64,000 nucleotides of DNA from Phaeosaccion multiseriatum (Eukaryota > Protista > Ochrophyta, other classes): positions 682,001-746,000 of the forward strand of contig OZ218950.1 in the NCBI GenBank assembly GCA_965112735.1, read 5' to 3'. Under the pieces are notes generated by a model that saw only the letters and a list, made by a program, of their open reading frames with translations, ran no database searches and was not told the DNA's origin. Positions 38,438-49,905 of this stretch are shown here, one piece after another (the first letter of the stretch is position 1; every line of letters starts with the position of its first letter). Made by a program: the position numbers and the translations under genes.

Positions 38438-39476
38438 CTACTCTTCCGGCTGCCCATCTGCTGCTACTGCCGCTGTATCACCAACTGCTGTGTCACCACC
38501 ACTGGCGAGGGCGGCCTTGTGATCATGGAGGTGTATAACGGCCTTCCCGTCGTCCACGTGTCCCTTCAACAGGCAAATTACCTCCCCATGCGGCCACGTG
38601 TTGCTCAGACCGGCCACCAGCTGGGGCAGGATGGGATGGCAGTGGATGGGGATGGAGGGGGGGGGGGGGGCAAAGGGGAAATAAAGGGGGGCGGGGGGGG
38701 AGGGGCGAAGGAGAGAGAGAGTGAGTGCTTTAACTTCGAGGTGGAAGAGAAGGACATGAGGGAGAGACAGAGTTATCCCTCCATCATACAACTGCCGACG
38801 GCTTAACGCTAAGCAGCTGGTGATACATGACATATGCTTAGCAGTTGGTGATACATTACATGCGCTAACATGAGTCTACCTAGGCTTAAAGAAAGACTAC
38901 CTCGCCAAGCAAGGAAGGAGCGCAGCGTGGCCCCGCACGGCCGTACTTCTCGCGGGCCATCCACTGCCATCCCCCTCCTCCTCCTCCTCCTCCTCCTCCT
39001 CCTCCTTCTCCTCCTCCTCCTCCTCCTCCTCCTCCTCCTCCTCCTCCTCCTCCTCCTCCTCCTCCTCCTCCTCCTCCTCCTCCTCCTCCTCCTCCTCCTC
39101 CTCCTCCTCCTCCTCCTCCTCCTCCTCCTCCTCCTCCTCCTCCTCCTCCTCCTCCTCCTCCTCCTCCTCCTCCTCCTCCTCCTCCTCCTCCTCCTCCTCC
39201 TCCTCCTCCTCCTCCCACTGCCTCTCTACCCCTCCTCCTACGGCTCCTGCTGCTGCTAGTACTACCCCATTCGCCACCGATAGACGTGGATGTCCGGTTG
39301 GCTTTCAAGGCTGCCTGCCGCCTTCAAACCCCCTCCTCCTTTCTTGCTGGGCTGTTTCTGACTGCGGTAGATGGCAGCCGATGTGCGCACGAGCACCTGG
39401 AGCCATTGGTGCTCCAATAGGTGGGCTTCAGAGAACTCCGCGAGGGTCTGAATGGCTTGGGCAGCCTCGCCGTATG
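38438..39476 (-). pseudogene. Degenerate, internally deleted copy of gene B
   Basis: Terminal exon, a piece of the poly-Glu exon fused to part of exon 3 across a (CCT)n tract, and several indels. Confidence 0.7.
38975..39213. repeat. (CCT)n microsatellite, ~80 units
   Basis: Direct inspection. Confidence 0.95.
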
Positions 39477-40454
39477 GAGGGAGGGAGGGAGGGAGGGGGG
39501 AGGAGGAGGAGGAGGAGGGGGGAAATGTTGGAAGTGGCGGATTGCTATTGGGGATGTTGGAAGGCCTCAGATTAGATGGTCCATAAGTCAATGGCCCAGG
39601 CCCAGGCAGATACGGTGAGAACGGGTGGCGTAGCTCTCACTATCCAATGTGCGTAGGTGGTCGTTTAGGACGAGCATGCGATAAGCTGTTAGAGGCAAGG
39701 CTGGCTGCTAGGCTGGCTTTGGGGTTGCTGTTACCTTGTCCGTGTGTCTAGTTCCATCCTATCTGTAGGCGACAGCGCATGTCGTTTTACACGACGGGGA
39801 GGTCGGGTTAGGGCGGGAGCCGGAGCTGGCGCGGATAGTGAAGATAAGGTGGCGTAAGGCCAGCCACAGGGCAGCCACTCCGGCGCGAGTACTGTGTACG
39901 TTGGGCTGTACGGGAGGGCGGCAGTTATCAGACGTGGGAGGCGCCAGTGGGACGATTGGCTCTTGCGGCGCGGAGAGAGGGCGGCAATAGAGGCATTCGA
40001 GGACTCTTTGGCGCCAGGGGCGTTGGACCCGGGAGTACAGCGCAAGCGTGGGCAGCGGTCTAAGCGAGAGCGCACCGTGCGCGCCATGTTGCACGAGAAG
40101 TGGGGGATGGGCATCGCTGCGGAGACGGCGCAACATTTGGGGTTCTAGACCGTGAGGTGGTGGTCGAGGAGGGGGGATAGGTATAGGGGATGTTGGAAGG
40201 TCACGGGATAGGCATTGGTGGGGATTTTGGAAGGTCACGGGATAGGCATTGGGGATTTTGGAAGGCCTCAGATGAGATGGGCCGTGATTTCAATGGTCGG
40301 TGTGTCCTATATTACGTTGATTCTGCAGTGGCAACCAACGGGCCGCTCAGTGTAGGTAAACTTGGTAAGGAGAGCCTAGCTGCAGGGCTTGCAAACGGCT
40401 TCCATCCCGGCAAATATACCGAGTGTTACCACTTGTCGACTCAAGTCGCTTTTA

Positions 40455-40655
40455 CGAAAAGAAGGAGGAGGAGGAGGAGGAGGAGGAGGAGGAGGAGGAG
40501 GAGCAGGGGGGGAAGAGGAGCAGGAGGAGGAAGGAACCGGAGGAGCGATGCGCAACAGCGTGTCTATGGATGATTCAGGGATTAGTAGCAGCTCCTCGCA
40601 CTCTCAGGAGGATGCTGGTGCCGGGCCCGTGCTGGGCAGTGCTGACTCGGAGTGA
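40455..40655 (+). pseudogene. Probable terminal coding fragment of a convergent gene C (...NSVSMDDSGISSSSSHSQEDAGAGPVLGSADSE*); shorter copies end at 16164, 46819, 49610, 55739 and 61681
   Basis: The same peptide and TGA occur in six units, each followed by an AT-richer 3'-UTR-like tract facing the zinc-finger gene stop. Confidence 0.45.
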
Positions 40656-40946
40656 GCCCCTACCTCGCGCGAACGAAATCTTGAGCCCTCATTTACACTC
40701 TTGTTTGTAAAGAAACTCACCACTGCACATAGAAATACATCAAAATTCACACACAGCACGTTCATAAGCCCCCAAGTCTCAGTTACTCGGCCCCTTCCAC
40801 AGCAGTGAAGCGATGTGGGTGGCGACTGTTTTCATCAAGGTCCATCACGTGTATTGACTTACTCTACTCTTACACCCACTGTACGAACCAAGCCTCAAGC
40901 TTCACCACGGCGAAGGCGGTGAGGCGGACAGAAGGCCATCGGCTCA

Positions 40947-42398
40947 CTAAATCCCAAGTCCCGAGGTATCAGCAGCAGGGCCCTCCACACGCACGCACGC
41001 TCGCAGCGCCTTCCGTCCGCGCCTCTTCTTCTCACTCGCCGTCACCATGCTCTCCTCCAGCACCGCCCACTCCTCCTTCAGCTTGTCGCCATCATCATCC
41101 TCCCCTACTTCTCCTGAGCGATAGCGGCGGTAGGCAGACACAAAGCCTCGGATCGTGCTCTCCAGGCTCGCCCCCTTCCTCTTTGTGCGCACAGCGAGGT
41201 GGGGCAGCAGCAACACTTTACTCCGCTCCACAGCCACCACCACGCCATTCGATAGCTCCCTGTCCCGACAGCCACAGAAGGCCGTGGCAGCTTCAGCCCC
41301 GCCATCTTCCAGCCCTCTCCACAGGCCACAGGGCAGTTGAATCTCGTCCCCGACATGAAGCCCCAGCCCCGCAAGAAAACCCACCCCATTCCCATCCTTC
41401 CCTTCCTCCTTCCTCTCCTCCTCTCCCTCATGCATTGAAGGGGGACATTTTGCCCTCTTGCTTCCTCTTTCATTGATGTCCTCCGCAGCTCCTCGCTTGG
41501 GCACAGGCGTACAACGGGCAATCTCCTCCTTCTGCTCCGCTCCCTCCCTCTTCACTCGTGCATGCCTCAGGCACATCCCCCCTTGCTTCCGATGCTTCTC
41601 GCACCCCTCAACAGTACACCTCTTCACCACAGCTCCATGGCCCTGGCAAAGTCCTCCTTGGATCCGCTGCTTCTTGCAACCCTCAACAGTACACCTCTTC
41701 ACCACAGCTCCATGGCCATGGCAAAGGCCTCCTCTGACACGATGCTTCTCGCACCCCTCAACAGTACACCTCTTCACCACAGCTCCATGGCCCTGGCAAA
41801 GTCCTCCTTGGATCCGCTGCTTCTTGCAACCCTCAACAGTACACCTCTTGGTCACAGCCCCATGCCCTTTGCAAAGTCCTCCGCGTTGCGACACCTTCTC
41901 GCACCCCTCAACAGTACACCTCTTCCGTACCACCACAGCCCCGTGGCCCTTGCAAAGCCCTTCTCGGACCCGTTGCTTGTCGCACCCCTCAACAGTACAC
42001 CTCTTCACCACAGCACCGTGGGCCTGGCAAAGTCTCCCTTGTTGCGACTGCTTGTCGCACCCCTCAACAGTACACCCCTTCACCACAGCCCCGTGGGCCA
42101 GGCAAAGTCCTCCTTGGATCCGCTGCTTGTCGCAGCCCTCAACAGTACACCTCTTCACCACAGCTCCGTGGGCCTTGCAAAGTCCTCCTTGGATCCGCTG
42201 CTTCTTGCAACCCTCAACAGTACACCTCTTGGTCACAGCCCCATGCCCTTTGCAAAGTCCTCCGCGTTGCGACTCCTTCTCGCACCCCTCAACAGTACAC
42301 CTCTTCCGTACCACCACAGCTCCGTGCCCAATGCAAAGTCCCCCCTGCTTCCGTTGCTTGCCGCACCCCTCAACGCTACATAAATACCGCCTATGCAT
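40947..42398 (-). CDS. Tandem C-x4-C-x9-C-x2-H (WRKY19-like) zinc-finger protein, 11 fingers + ~200 aa C-terminal region; uninterrupted
   Basis: ORF 40947-42458 with first ATG (MHRRYLC) at 42398. Repeat CTVEGC[DEK]Kxxxx GGLCxxHGAV. Confidence 0.85.
   Translation of the reverse strand: MHRRYLCSVEGCGKQRKQGGLCIGHGAVVVRKRCTVEGCEKESQRGGLCKGHGAVTKRCTVEGCKKQRIQGGLCKAHGAVVKRCTVEGCDKQRIQGGLCLAHGAVVKGCTVEGCDKQSQQGRLCQAHGAVVKRCTVEGCDKQRVREGLCKGHGAVVVRKRCTVEGCEKVSQRGGLCKGHGAVTKRCTVEGCKKQRIQGGLCQGHGAVVKRCTVEGCEKHRVRGGLCHGHGAVVKRCTVEGCKKQRIQGGLCQGHGAVVKRCTVEGCEKHRKQGGMCLRHARVKREGAEQKEEIARCTPVPKRGAAEDINERGSKRAKCPPSMHEGEEERKEEGKDGNGVGFLAGLGLHVGDEIQLPCGLWRGLEDGGAEAATAFCGCRDRELSNGVVVAVERSKVLLLPHLAVRTKRKGASLESTIRGFVSAYRRYRSGEVGEDDDGDKLKEEWAVLEESMVTASEKKRRGRKALRACVRVEGPAADTSGLGI
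41560..42380. repeat. Coding minisatellite, 75/81-bp unit (zinc-finger repeat; target of the retrotransposon)
   Basis: Recurrent (c/g)tcgcacccctcaacagtacacctctt core. Equivalent arrays at ~47730-48335, 50550-51080 and 56645-57095. Confidence 0.95.
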
Positions 42399-42919
42399 GT
42401 TTACCTTGCACCTCCTTCGCGTTTCCTCAAAAGCATATAAGCCCCCCCCCGTGGACAAGACGGCTCTTAAGCCCTTCCTTCACTGTCTGTCGTGGTGAAG
42501 AGGAGAGAGAGAAGTCGAATGCTTATGTGCCAACTTGAAGGCCTCCCCCCCAAGCCGGCGCATCGACTGAAGAGGATAGATCCCCTTGCGTCCAGCCCAA
42601 GTGGTCTTGGACAAGAAGAGGACAGAAGGTTGTAAAAGAGAAGAATCAAAAGAGGGAAGAGAGGGGAAGATGTTTCTTAGGGATGGGAGGGAGAGAAAAA
42701 AAAGGAGAAAGGGAGAAAGGGGGCTATCTATCCATCGGCAACCCAGGAACATACGATTTAGTTTCAGTTTCAGCTTATTGGCTCTTGACGAGGAGCCCAG
42801 CTCGGAGTCCCACAGAGCTCCCCCCCGCAAACACTTGAGGGGTTCGGGGCTTTACGAGGCCCAAAGACTGAGGACGATACAACGCTTGCCTTGTGTCAAG
42901 AACAAGAGCTTCCTCACGA

Positions 42920-43675
42920 CTACTCTTCCGGCTGCCCATCTGCTGCTACTGCCGCTGTATCACCAACTGCTGTATCACCACCACTGGCGAGGGCGGCCTT
43001 GTGATCATGGAGGTGTATAACGGCTTTCCCGTCGTCCACGTGTCCCTTCATCAGGCAAATTACCTCCCCATGCGGCCACGTGTTGCTCAGACCGGCCACC
43101 AGCTGGGGCAGGATGGGATGGCAGTGGATGGGGATGACGGGACGGGGGGGGAGGGGCGAAGGAGAGAGAGGATGAGTGCTTTCACTTCGAGGTGGAAGAG
43201 AAGGACATGGAGGGAGAGAGAGAGAGAGTTATCCCTCCATCATACAACTGCCGACGGCTTAGCGCTAAGCAGGTGGTGATACATAGCATATGCATAGTAG
43301 TTGGTGATACATTACATGCGCTAACATGAGTCTACCCAGGCTTAAAGAAAGACTACATACCTCGCCAAGGAAGGAGCGCAACGCGGCCCCGCACGTACTT
43401 CCCGCGGGCCATCCACTGCCATCCCCCTCCCCCTTCTCCCCCTCCTCTTCCTCCTCCTGCTCCTCCTCCTCCTCCTCCTCCTCCTCCTCCTCCTCCTCCT
43501 CCTCCTCCTCCTCCTCCTCCTCCTCCTCCTCCTCCTCCTCCTCCTCCTCCTCCTCCCCCGCCCCTGTGTCCACGCTCTCGGTGACCATGGTCTGTCCCCC
43601 CGCAGCAACGCTGTCGGCCACACGCGCCAGGGCTTCCCAGAAGTCGAACAGCGTTAGGACTCCGTTCTGGGGTGG

Positions 43676-43753
<78 letters not shown>

Positions 43754-45374
43754 AGACGACGCATGCCCCATGATTTGCATGACATGCATAGATTCATTTA
43801 GGTTAGGGGTACAGCAGCAAGAGTACTCATGAGGGGAGAAGTAAGGTTCCTCCCTCCCTCCCTCCCTCCCTCTCTCCCTCCCTCCCTCCCTCCCTCTCTC
43901 CCTCTCTCCCTCTCTCCCTCCCTCCCTCCCTCCCCTCCCTCCCTCCCTCCCTCCCTCCCTCTCTCCCTCTCTCTCTCTCTCACCTCGTCTCTATCCCTAA
44001 GCTCGTCCACCACATAGAGCCTGCTTGCGAGGAAGCACTCCTTGGCCACACTCGGGTCCAAGCGGTCGGGGCCGATGCCTGCGTGGGCGAGTAAGCTGTA
44101 CAGCAGCTGGTGATACAGCAGTCACAGAACACGCACGACACCAACGTTAGCATACCATTCGATCCAATCATTTCGAAGCAGGGCGAAGCAAGCAAGTGGG
44201 CAGGGCAGAGTAGCGATGAGCGGCAGGGGGGATTCAGAGCGGCTCTTTCACAGCTTTCAGAGCACATTCACAGTGTCAGAGCCTCAGACTGCTCGACGGA
44301 AATGGTCTTGAGACAAGCGGTCGCCTAAGGGTTTGAGTTTGAGTTTAAAGGAGGGAAGCGAAGCGGACACTGACACTGGCCGCTGGACATGACATGAACA
44401 CTGACACTGGCAGGCAACTGCCCCGGCCATTCCACTGGCACTGGGTCCTGGCACTGGCCAAAGCACTGACACTGGACACTGACCTGCCCCAGTCCGTGAG
44501 TGAGAAGCGCTGCAGCACCTTTTTCACCACGCCGCGCCGCCGCCGGTCCATCTTCAGAGATAAATTGTTGATAGGGTACACCTGTTGGTCATTCGCCATT
44601 CGGTTAGTCATTTGTTGGTTGGCTGGTTGGTCCTTCGGTTGGTGATTCGGGTGGTCGCTTGTTTGTCTTTCGGGGTAAGCAAGTCGGCCTTGTACGGAGG
44701 ACGCCACAGGATACACACACACACACCCATTGACTCACTACCCACCCACCTACTGACTTGCTACATACCTTCCAGAGCGCCTCGACGAGTCCTCCGTGCT
44801 CTCTCATCACCTTGTCCACCCCCCGTGTGTATAGCCTCGCCTCTCGGTAGGCGTCATGGTCGGCCTTTGCGCTGACGGGAAGGCGCTCCTCCATGCAACA
44901 CAGCAGAGCTCGCAGGCCCTGCAGAAGGCTGCTTTGGCTCTGACTCTGGCTTGAGGGAGGGAGGCTGGAGCTGCTGCAGTTGCTGTTGTTGTTGTTGTTG
45001 GAGGTTACGATTCCTCCCTCTCCTCCTCCTCCTCCTCCCACTGCCTCTTCCCCTCCTTCTACGGCTGCTGCTGCTGCTACTACCCCATTCGCCACCGACG
45101 TAGACGTGGATGTCCGGTTGGCTTTCAAGGCTGCCGCCTTCAAACCCCCTCCTCCTTTCTTGCTGGGCTGTTTCTGACTGCGGTAGATGGCAGCAGATGT
45201 GCGCACGAGCACCTCGAGCCATTGGGGCTCCAAGAGGTGGGCTTCAGAGAACTCCGCGAGGGTCTGAATGTCTTGGGTAGCCTCGCCGTCCTGGAGGGAG
45301 GGAGGGATGGAGGGGGGAGGAGGAGGAGGAGGAGGAGGAGGAATGCGCGTGTAAAAGTGAGAGATTGGCGTTCG

Positions 45375-45406
<32 letters not shown>

Positions 45407-46537
45407 TGGGTCCTGACCTTGTTCATGACTGCGATGAAGACTCTCTCGAGCTCATTGGCAAGCTGCTTGGGGGCCTCGGGACACACACACTGCGTGAACA
45501 GCAGGAACTGGGGGGGGTATGGCAGTGGATGGGGAGGAGGAGCAGCAGGAGGAGGAGCAGCAGTTGGTTATAGAGCAGAGTGGAAACATCCCCTTTCCTT
45601 CCTTCCTTCCTTCCTTCCTTCCTTCCCTCCTTCCTTCTGTCACTTGCTCCCGACCATTTGATGTGCTCCCATCCACTGCCATCCCTCCCCCTGCCCACCC
45701 CACTCTCTCCCTCCCCTCCCTCCCTCCCCTCCCTCCCCACCCTTCCTTCTCCCTCACCTGCTCGCGACTCAATTGACATGCTCCGGACACCGGCTCGCCC
45801 GTAGTGCCCCCTAAGCTCACAAAGTGATCAAAGGTACTTAATATCATCTTGAACGAAGCCCTCAGCACCCCCTCCACCTCCATGGACTCCTCCTCCACGG
45901 TTGCCTCTCCACTCGAGACGTGTTTGTTGCCCGACGCCACGAACCTCCACCACCGATCGTGCATCAACACCCGGGACCAGGTCACTGTGAAACGGTGGGC
46001 CATGACCCCGTCGGCTAGGTTATACACGTCACCCGCGCCTCTCTTGCACCCTCCTCCTCCTGCTGCTGCTGCTGCTGCTGCTTGTGCTGTTGTATCGCCA
46101 ACTGCAGCATCACTAGGTGCCCCTCTGGAGGTGATGCTGTTGCTGGAGGAGTTCTGAGCCCCGGCCTTGTGTTCCAAACCCTTCCCAGGGGGCCCTCTTA
46201 CGCCGCCGTTTGTGACACTAGGACCACTGCAAGTGGTGGTCACGTTGTTGTTCGTGCTCGTGTTGGTGATACTCCCACGCCGCAGCAGACCCCCTGTGCC
46301 ATCACTACCCGCCCCTGCTCGTCCGTACATGAGGCCATCCAAGGCCAGCTCCCATGGTCTGTTTGGGTCTCCTCCTCCTGCGATACCCAAGCCGCCCCCC
46401 CCCACTGCTTCGAGACCGCTCCTGGGAGGGGGGTGAACTTCAATCGGCCGTCTCTCTTCCCAGGGGGGCACGACAAAGCCGACGAAGGGGCAGGGAGGGG
46501 GGCGTGGCGCTCCCTCCCCACTCTCTCTACTGTCTCT
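42920..46537 (-). pseudogene. Copy of gene B 3' portion
   Basis: Colinear with 12223-15882; differs mainly in microsatellite lengths. Confidence 0.7.
43680..43745. repeat. Intronic (CA)n microsatellite
   Basis: Direct inspection. Paralogs at ~12926-12967, 52658-52681 and 58485-58510. Confidence 0.9.
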
Positions 46538-47114
46538 CTTGTTGTGATGAGAGGAAGTCAGAGTGATAGAAGGAGCGCAGCGCGGCCCCGCACGTACTTC
46601 CCGCGGGCCATCCGCTGCCATCTCCCTCCCCCTCCTCCTCCCCCTCCTCCCCCGCCCCTGTGTCCATGGTCTATCCCCCCTCAGCAACGCCCACACGGGC
46701 GAGGGATTCGAATGAACAACAGCGTGTCTATGGATGATTCAGGGATTAGCAGCAGCTCCTCGCACTCTCAGGAGGATGCTGGTGCCGGGCCCGTGCTGGG
46801 CGGTGCTGACTCGGAGTGAGCCCCTACCTCGCGCGAACGAAATCTTGAGCCCTCATTTACACTCTTGTTTGTAAAGAAGCTCACCACTGCACGTAGAAAT
46901 ACATCAAAATTCACACACAGCACATTCATAAGCCCCCAAGTCATAGTTACTCGGCCCCTTCCACAGCAGTGAAGCGATGTGGGTGGCGATTGTTTTCATC
47001 AAGGTCCATCACGTGTATTGACTTACTCAACTCTTCGCACCCACTGTACGAAACAAGCCTCAAGCTTCACCACGGCGAAGAAAACGGTGAGGCGGACGGA
47101 AGGCCATCGGGTCA

Positions 47115-48341
47115 CTAAATCCCAAGTCCCGAGGTATCAGCAGCAGGGCCCTCCACACGCACGCACGCTCGCAGCGCCTTCCGTCCGCGACTCTTCTTCT
47201 CACTCGCCGTCACCATACTCTCCTCCAGCACCGCCCACTCCTCCTTCAGCTTGTCGTCATCATCATCCCCCCCTGCTCCTTCTGAGCGATAGCGGCGGTA
47301 GGCAGACACAAAGCCTCGGATCGTGCTCTCCAGGCTCGCCCCCTTCCTCTTTGTGCGCACAGCGAGGTGGGGCAGCAGCAACACTTTACTCGGGCCCACA
47401 GCCACCACCACGCCATTCGATAGCTCCCTGTCCCGACGGCCGCAGAAGGCCGTGGCAGCATCAGCCCCGCCATCTTCCAGCCCTCTCCACAGGTCACAGG
47501 GCAGTTGAATCTCGTCCCCGACATGAAGCCCCAGCCCCGCAAGCAAACCCACCCCATTCCCATCCTCCAGTGCCTCCTTCCTCTCCTCCCCTCCCCCAGG
47601 CATTGAAGGGGCGCATTTTGCCCTCTTGCTTCCTCTCCCATTGATGTCCTCCACAGCTCCTCGCTTGGGCACAGGCGTACACCGGGCAATCTCCTCCTTT
47701 TGCTCCGCTCCCTCCCTCTTCACTCGTGCATGCCTCTGGCACATCCCCCCTTGCTGCCGCTGCTTCTCGCACCCCTCAACAGTACACCTCTTCCGTACCA
47801 CCACAGCCCCGTGGCCCAGGCAAAGTCCTCCTTGGACCCGATGCTTGTCGCACCCCTCAACAGTACACCTTTTCGGTACCACCACAGCCCCGTGGGCCAG
47901 GCAAAGTCCTCCCTGTCGCGACTGCTTCTCGCACCCTTCAACAGTACACCTCTTCACCACAGCTCCATGGCCCTGGCAAAGTCCTCCTTGGACCCGCTGC
48001 TTGTCGCACCCCTCAACAGTACACATCTTCGGTACCTTCACAGCTCCGTGCCCAACGCAAAGCCCTCCTTGGATCTGGTGCTTCTCGCACCCCTCAACAG
48101 TACACCTCTTCCGCACAGCTCCATGGGCCTGGCAAAGTCCTCCCTGTCGCGACTGCTTGTCGCACCCCTCAACAGTACACCTCTTCACCACAGCTCCATG
48201 GCCCTGGCAAAGTCCTCCTTGGATCCGATGCTTGTCGCACCCCTCAACAGTACAACTCTTCACCACAGCTCCATGGGCCTGGCAAAGTCCTCCCTGTCGC
48301 GACTGCTTCTCGCACCCCTCAACAGTACACCTCTTCCGCAT
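47115..48341 (-). CDS. Tandem zinc-finger protein paralog, 8 fingers; uninterrupted
   Basis: ORF 47115-48380 with ATG (MRKRC) at 48341; same C-terminal region. Confidence 0.85.
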   Translation of the reverse strand: MRKRCTVEGCEKQSRQGGLCQAHGAVVKSCTVEGCDKHRIQGGLCQGHGAVVKRCTVEGCDKQSRQGGLCQAHGAVRKRCTVEGCEKHQIQGGLCVGHGAVKVPKMCTVEGCDKQRVQGGLCQGHGAVVKRCTVEGCEKQSRQGGLCLAHGAVVVPKRCTVEGCDKHRVQGGLCLGHGAVVVRKRCTVEGCEKQRQQGGMCQRHARVKREGAEQKEEIARCTPVPKRGAVEDINGRGSKRAKCAPSMPGGGEERKEALEDGNGVGLLAGLGLHVGDEIQLPCDLWRGLEDGGADAATAFCGRRDRELSNGVVVAVGPSKVLLLPHLAVRTKRKGASLESTIRGFVSAYRRYRSEGAGGDDDDDKLKEEWAVLEESMVTASEKKSRGRKALRACVRVEGPAADTSGLGI

Positions 48342-48870
48342 TCTCACAACTCCGCGCCCTTCAAACAATCCTCCTTGCACCTCCTTCGCGTTTCTTCAAA
48401 AGCATATACGCCCACCCCCGTGGACAAGAAGGCTCTTACAGCCCTTCCTTCACTGTCTGTCGTGGTCAAGAGGAGAGAGAGAAGTCGAATGCTTATGTGC
48501 CAACTTGAAGGCCTCCAAGGCCTCCAAGCCCGCGCATCGACTGAAGACAAAGGAGGATAGATCCCCTTAGGCCCAGCCCAAGCGGTCTTGGAAAAGAAGA
48601 GGACAGAAGGTTGTAAAAGAGAATATTCAAGACCGGGATGTGAGGGGAATACACTTCTTAGGGAGGAGAGGGAGAGAAAGAAGGATGTGTGAAGGCCGGG
48701 CCCAGGAACATGCGATCTAGTTTCAGTTTCAGCTTAGTGGACCTGGACGAGGAGCCCAGCTCGGAGTCCAGCGCAAACACTCCCCGAGGGGTTCTTGGGG
48801 CTTTACGAGGCCCAAAGACTGAGAACGATACAACGCTTGCCTTGTGTCAAGAACAAGAGCTTCCTCACAA

Positions 48871-49480
48871 CTACTCTTCCGGCTGCCCATCTGCTGCTAC
48901 TGCCGCTGTATCACCAACTGCTGTGTCACCACCACTGGCGAGGGCGGCCTTGTGATCATGGAGGTGTATAACGGCCTTCCCGTCGTCCACGTGTCCCTTC
49001 ATCAGGCAAATTACCTCCCCATGCGGCCACGTGTTGCTCAGACCGGCCACCAGCTGGGGCAGGATGGGATGGAAGTGGATGGGGATGACGGGAGGGGGGG
49101 GGGGGGGCAAAGGGGAATCAAAGGGGGCGGGGGGGGAGGGGCGCAGGAGAGAGAGAGAGAGAGTGAGTGCTTACACTTCGAGGTGGAAGAGAAGGACATG
49201 GAGGGAGAGAGAGATAGAGTTATCCCTCCATCATACAACTGCCGACGGCTTAACGCTAAGCAGGTGGTGATACATAGCATATGCATAACAGTTGGTGATA
49301 CATAACATGCGCTAACATGAGTGCGCCTAGGCTACAGAATGATTACATACCTCTCGCAGGAAGGAGCGCAGCGCGGCCCTTCACGTACTTCCCGCGGGCC
49401 ATCCGCTGCCATCTCCCTCACCCTCCTCCCCCCCCTCCTCCCCCGCCCCTGTGTCCATGGTCTATCCCCCCTCAGCAACG
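48871..49480 (-). pseudogene. Minimal gene B remnant (terminal exon + degenerate penultimate exon) in the short 2.8 kb unit
   Basis: LVAGLSNTWPHGEV...QPEE* exon followed directly by the junction sequence seen at ~15915-16050. Confidence 0.65.
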
Positions 49481-49905
49481 CCCACACGGGCGAGGGATTC
49501 GAATGAGCAACAGCGGGTCTATGGATGATTCAGGAATTAGTAGCAGCTCCTCGCACTCTCAGGAGGATGCTGGTGCCGGGCCCGAGCTGGGCGGTGCTGA
49601 CTCGGAGTGAGCCCCTACCTCGCGCGAACGAAATCTTGAGCCCTCATTTACACTCTTGTTTGTAAATAAACTCACCACTGCACGTAGAAATACATCAAAA
49701 TTCACACACAGCACATTCAGAAGCCCCCAAGTCTCAGTTACTCGGCCCCTTCCACAGCAGTGAAGCGATGTGGGTGGCGACGGTTTTCATCAAGGTCCAT
49801 CACGTGTATTGACTTACTCAACTCTTCACACCCACTGTACGAACCAAGCCTCAAGCTTCACCACGGCGAAGAAAACGGTGAGGCGGACGGAAGGCCATCG
49901 GGTCA

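Noticed and set aside
41560-42380. CRISPR-like repeat/spacer appearance of the 75-bp repeats next to an RT
   Set aside because: The variable parts are homologous codons in one continuous ORF rather than unique spacers, there are no cas genes, and the context is eukaryotic with introns.
40947-42398. Calling the host gene a WRKY transcription factor
   Set aside because: There is no WRKYGQK domain. Only the Cys/His repeat resembles that found in WRKY19-like annotations.
41458-42498. Plus-strand repetitive ORFs (HPSTVHLFTTAPW / APLNSTPLHHSS) over the finger arrays
   Set aside because: These are shadow frames of the stop-poor minisatellite. The minus frame has the recognisable Cys/His pattern.
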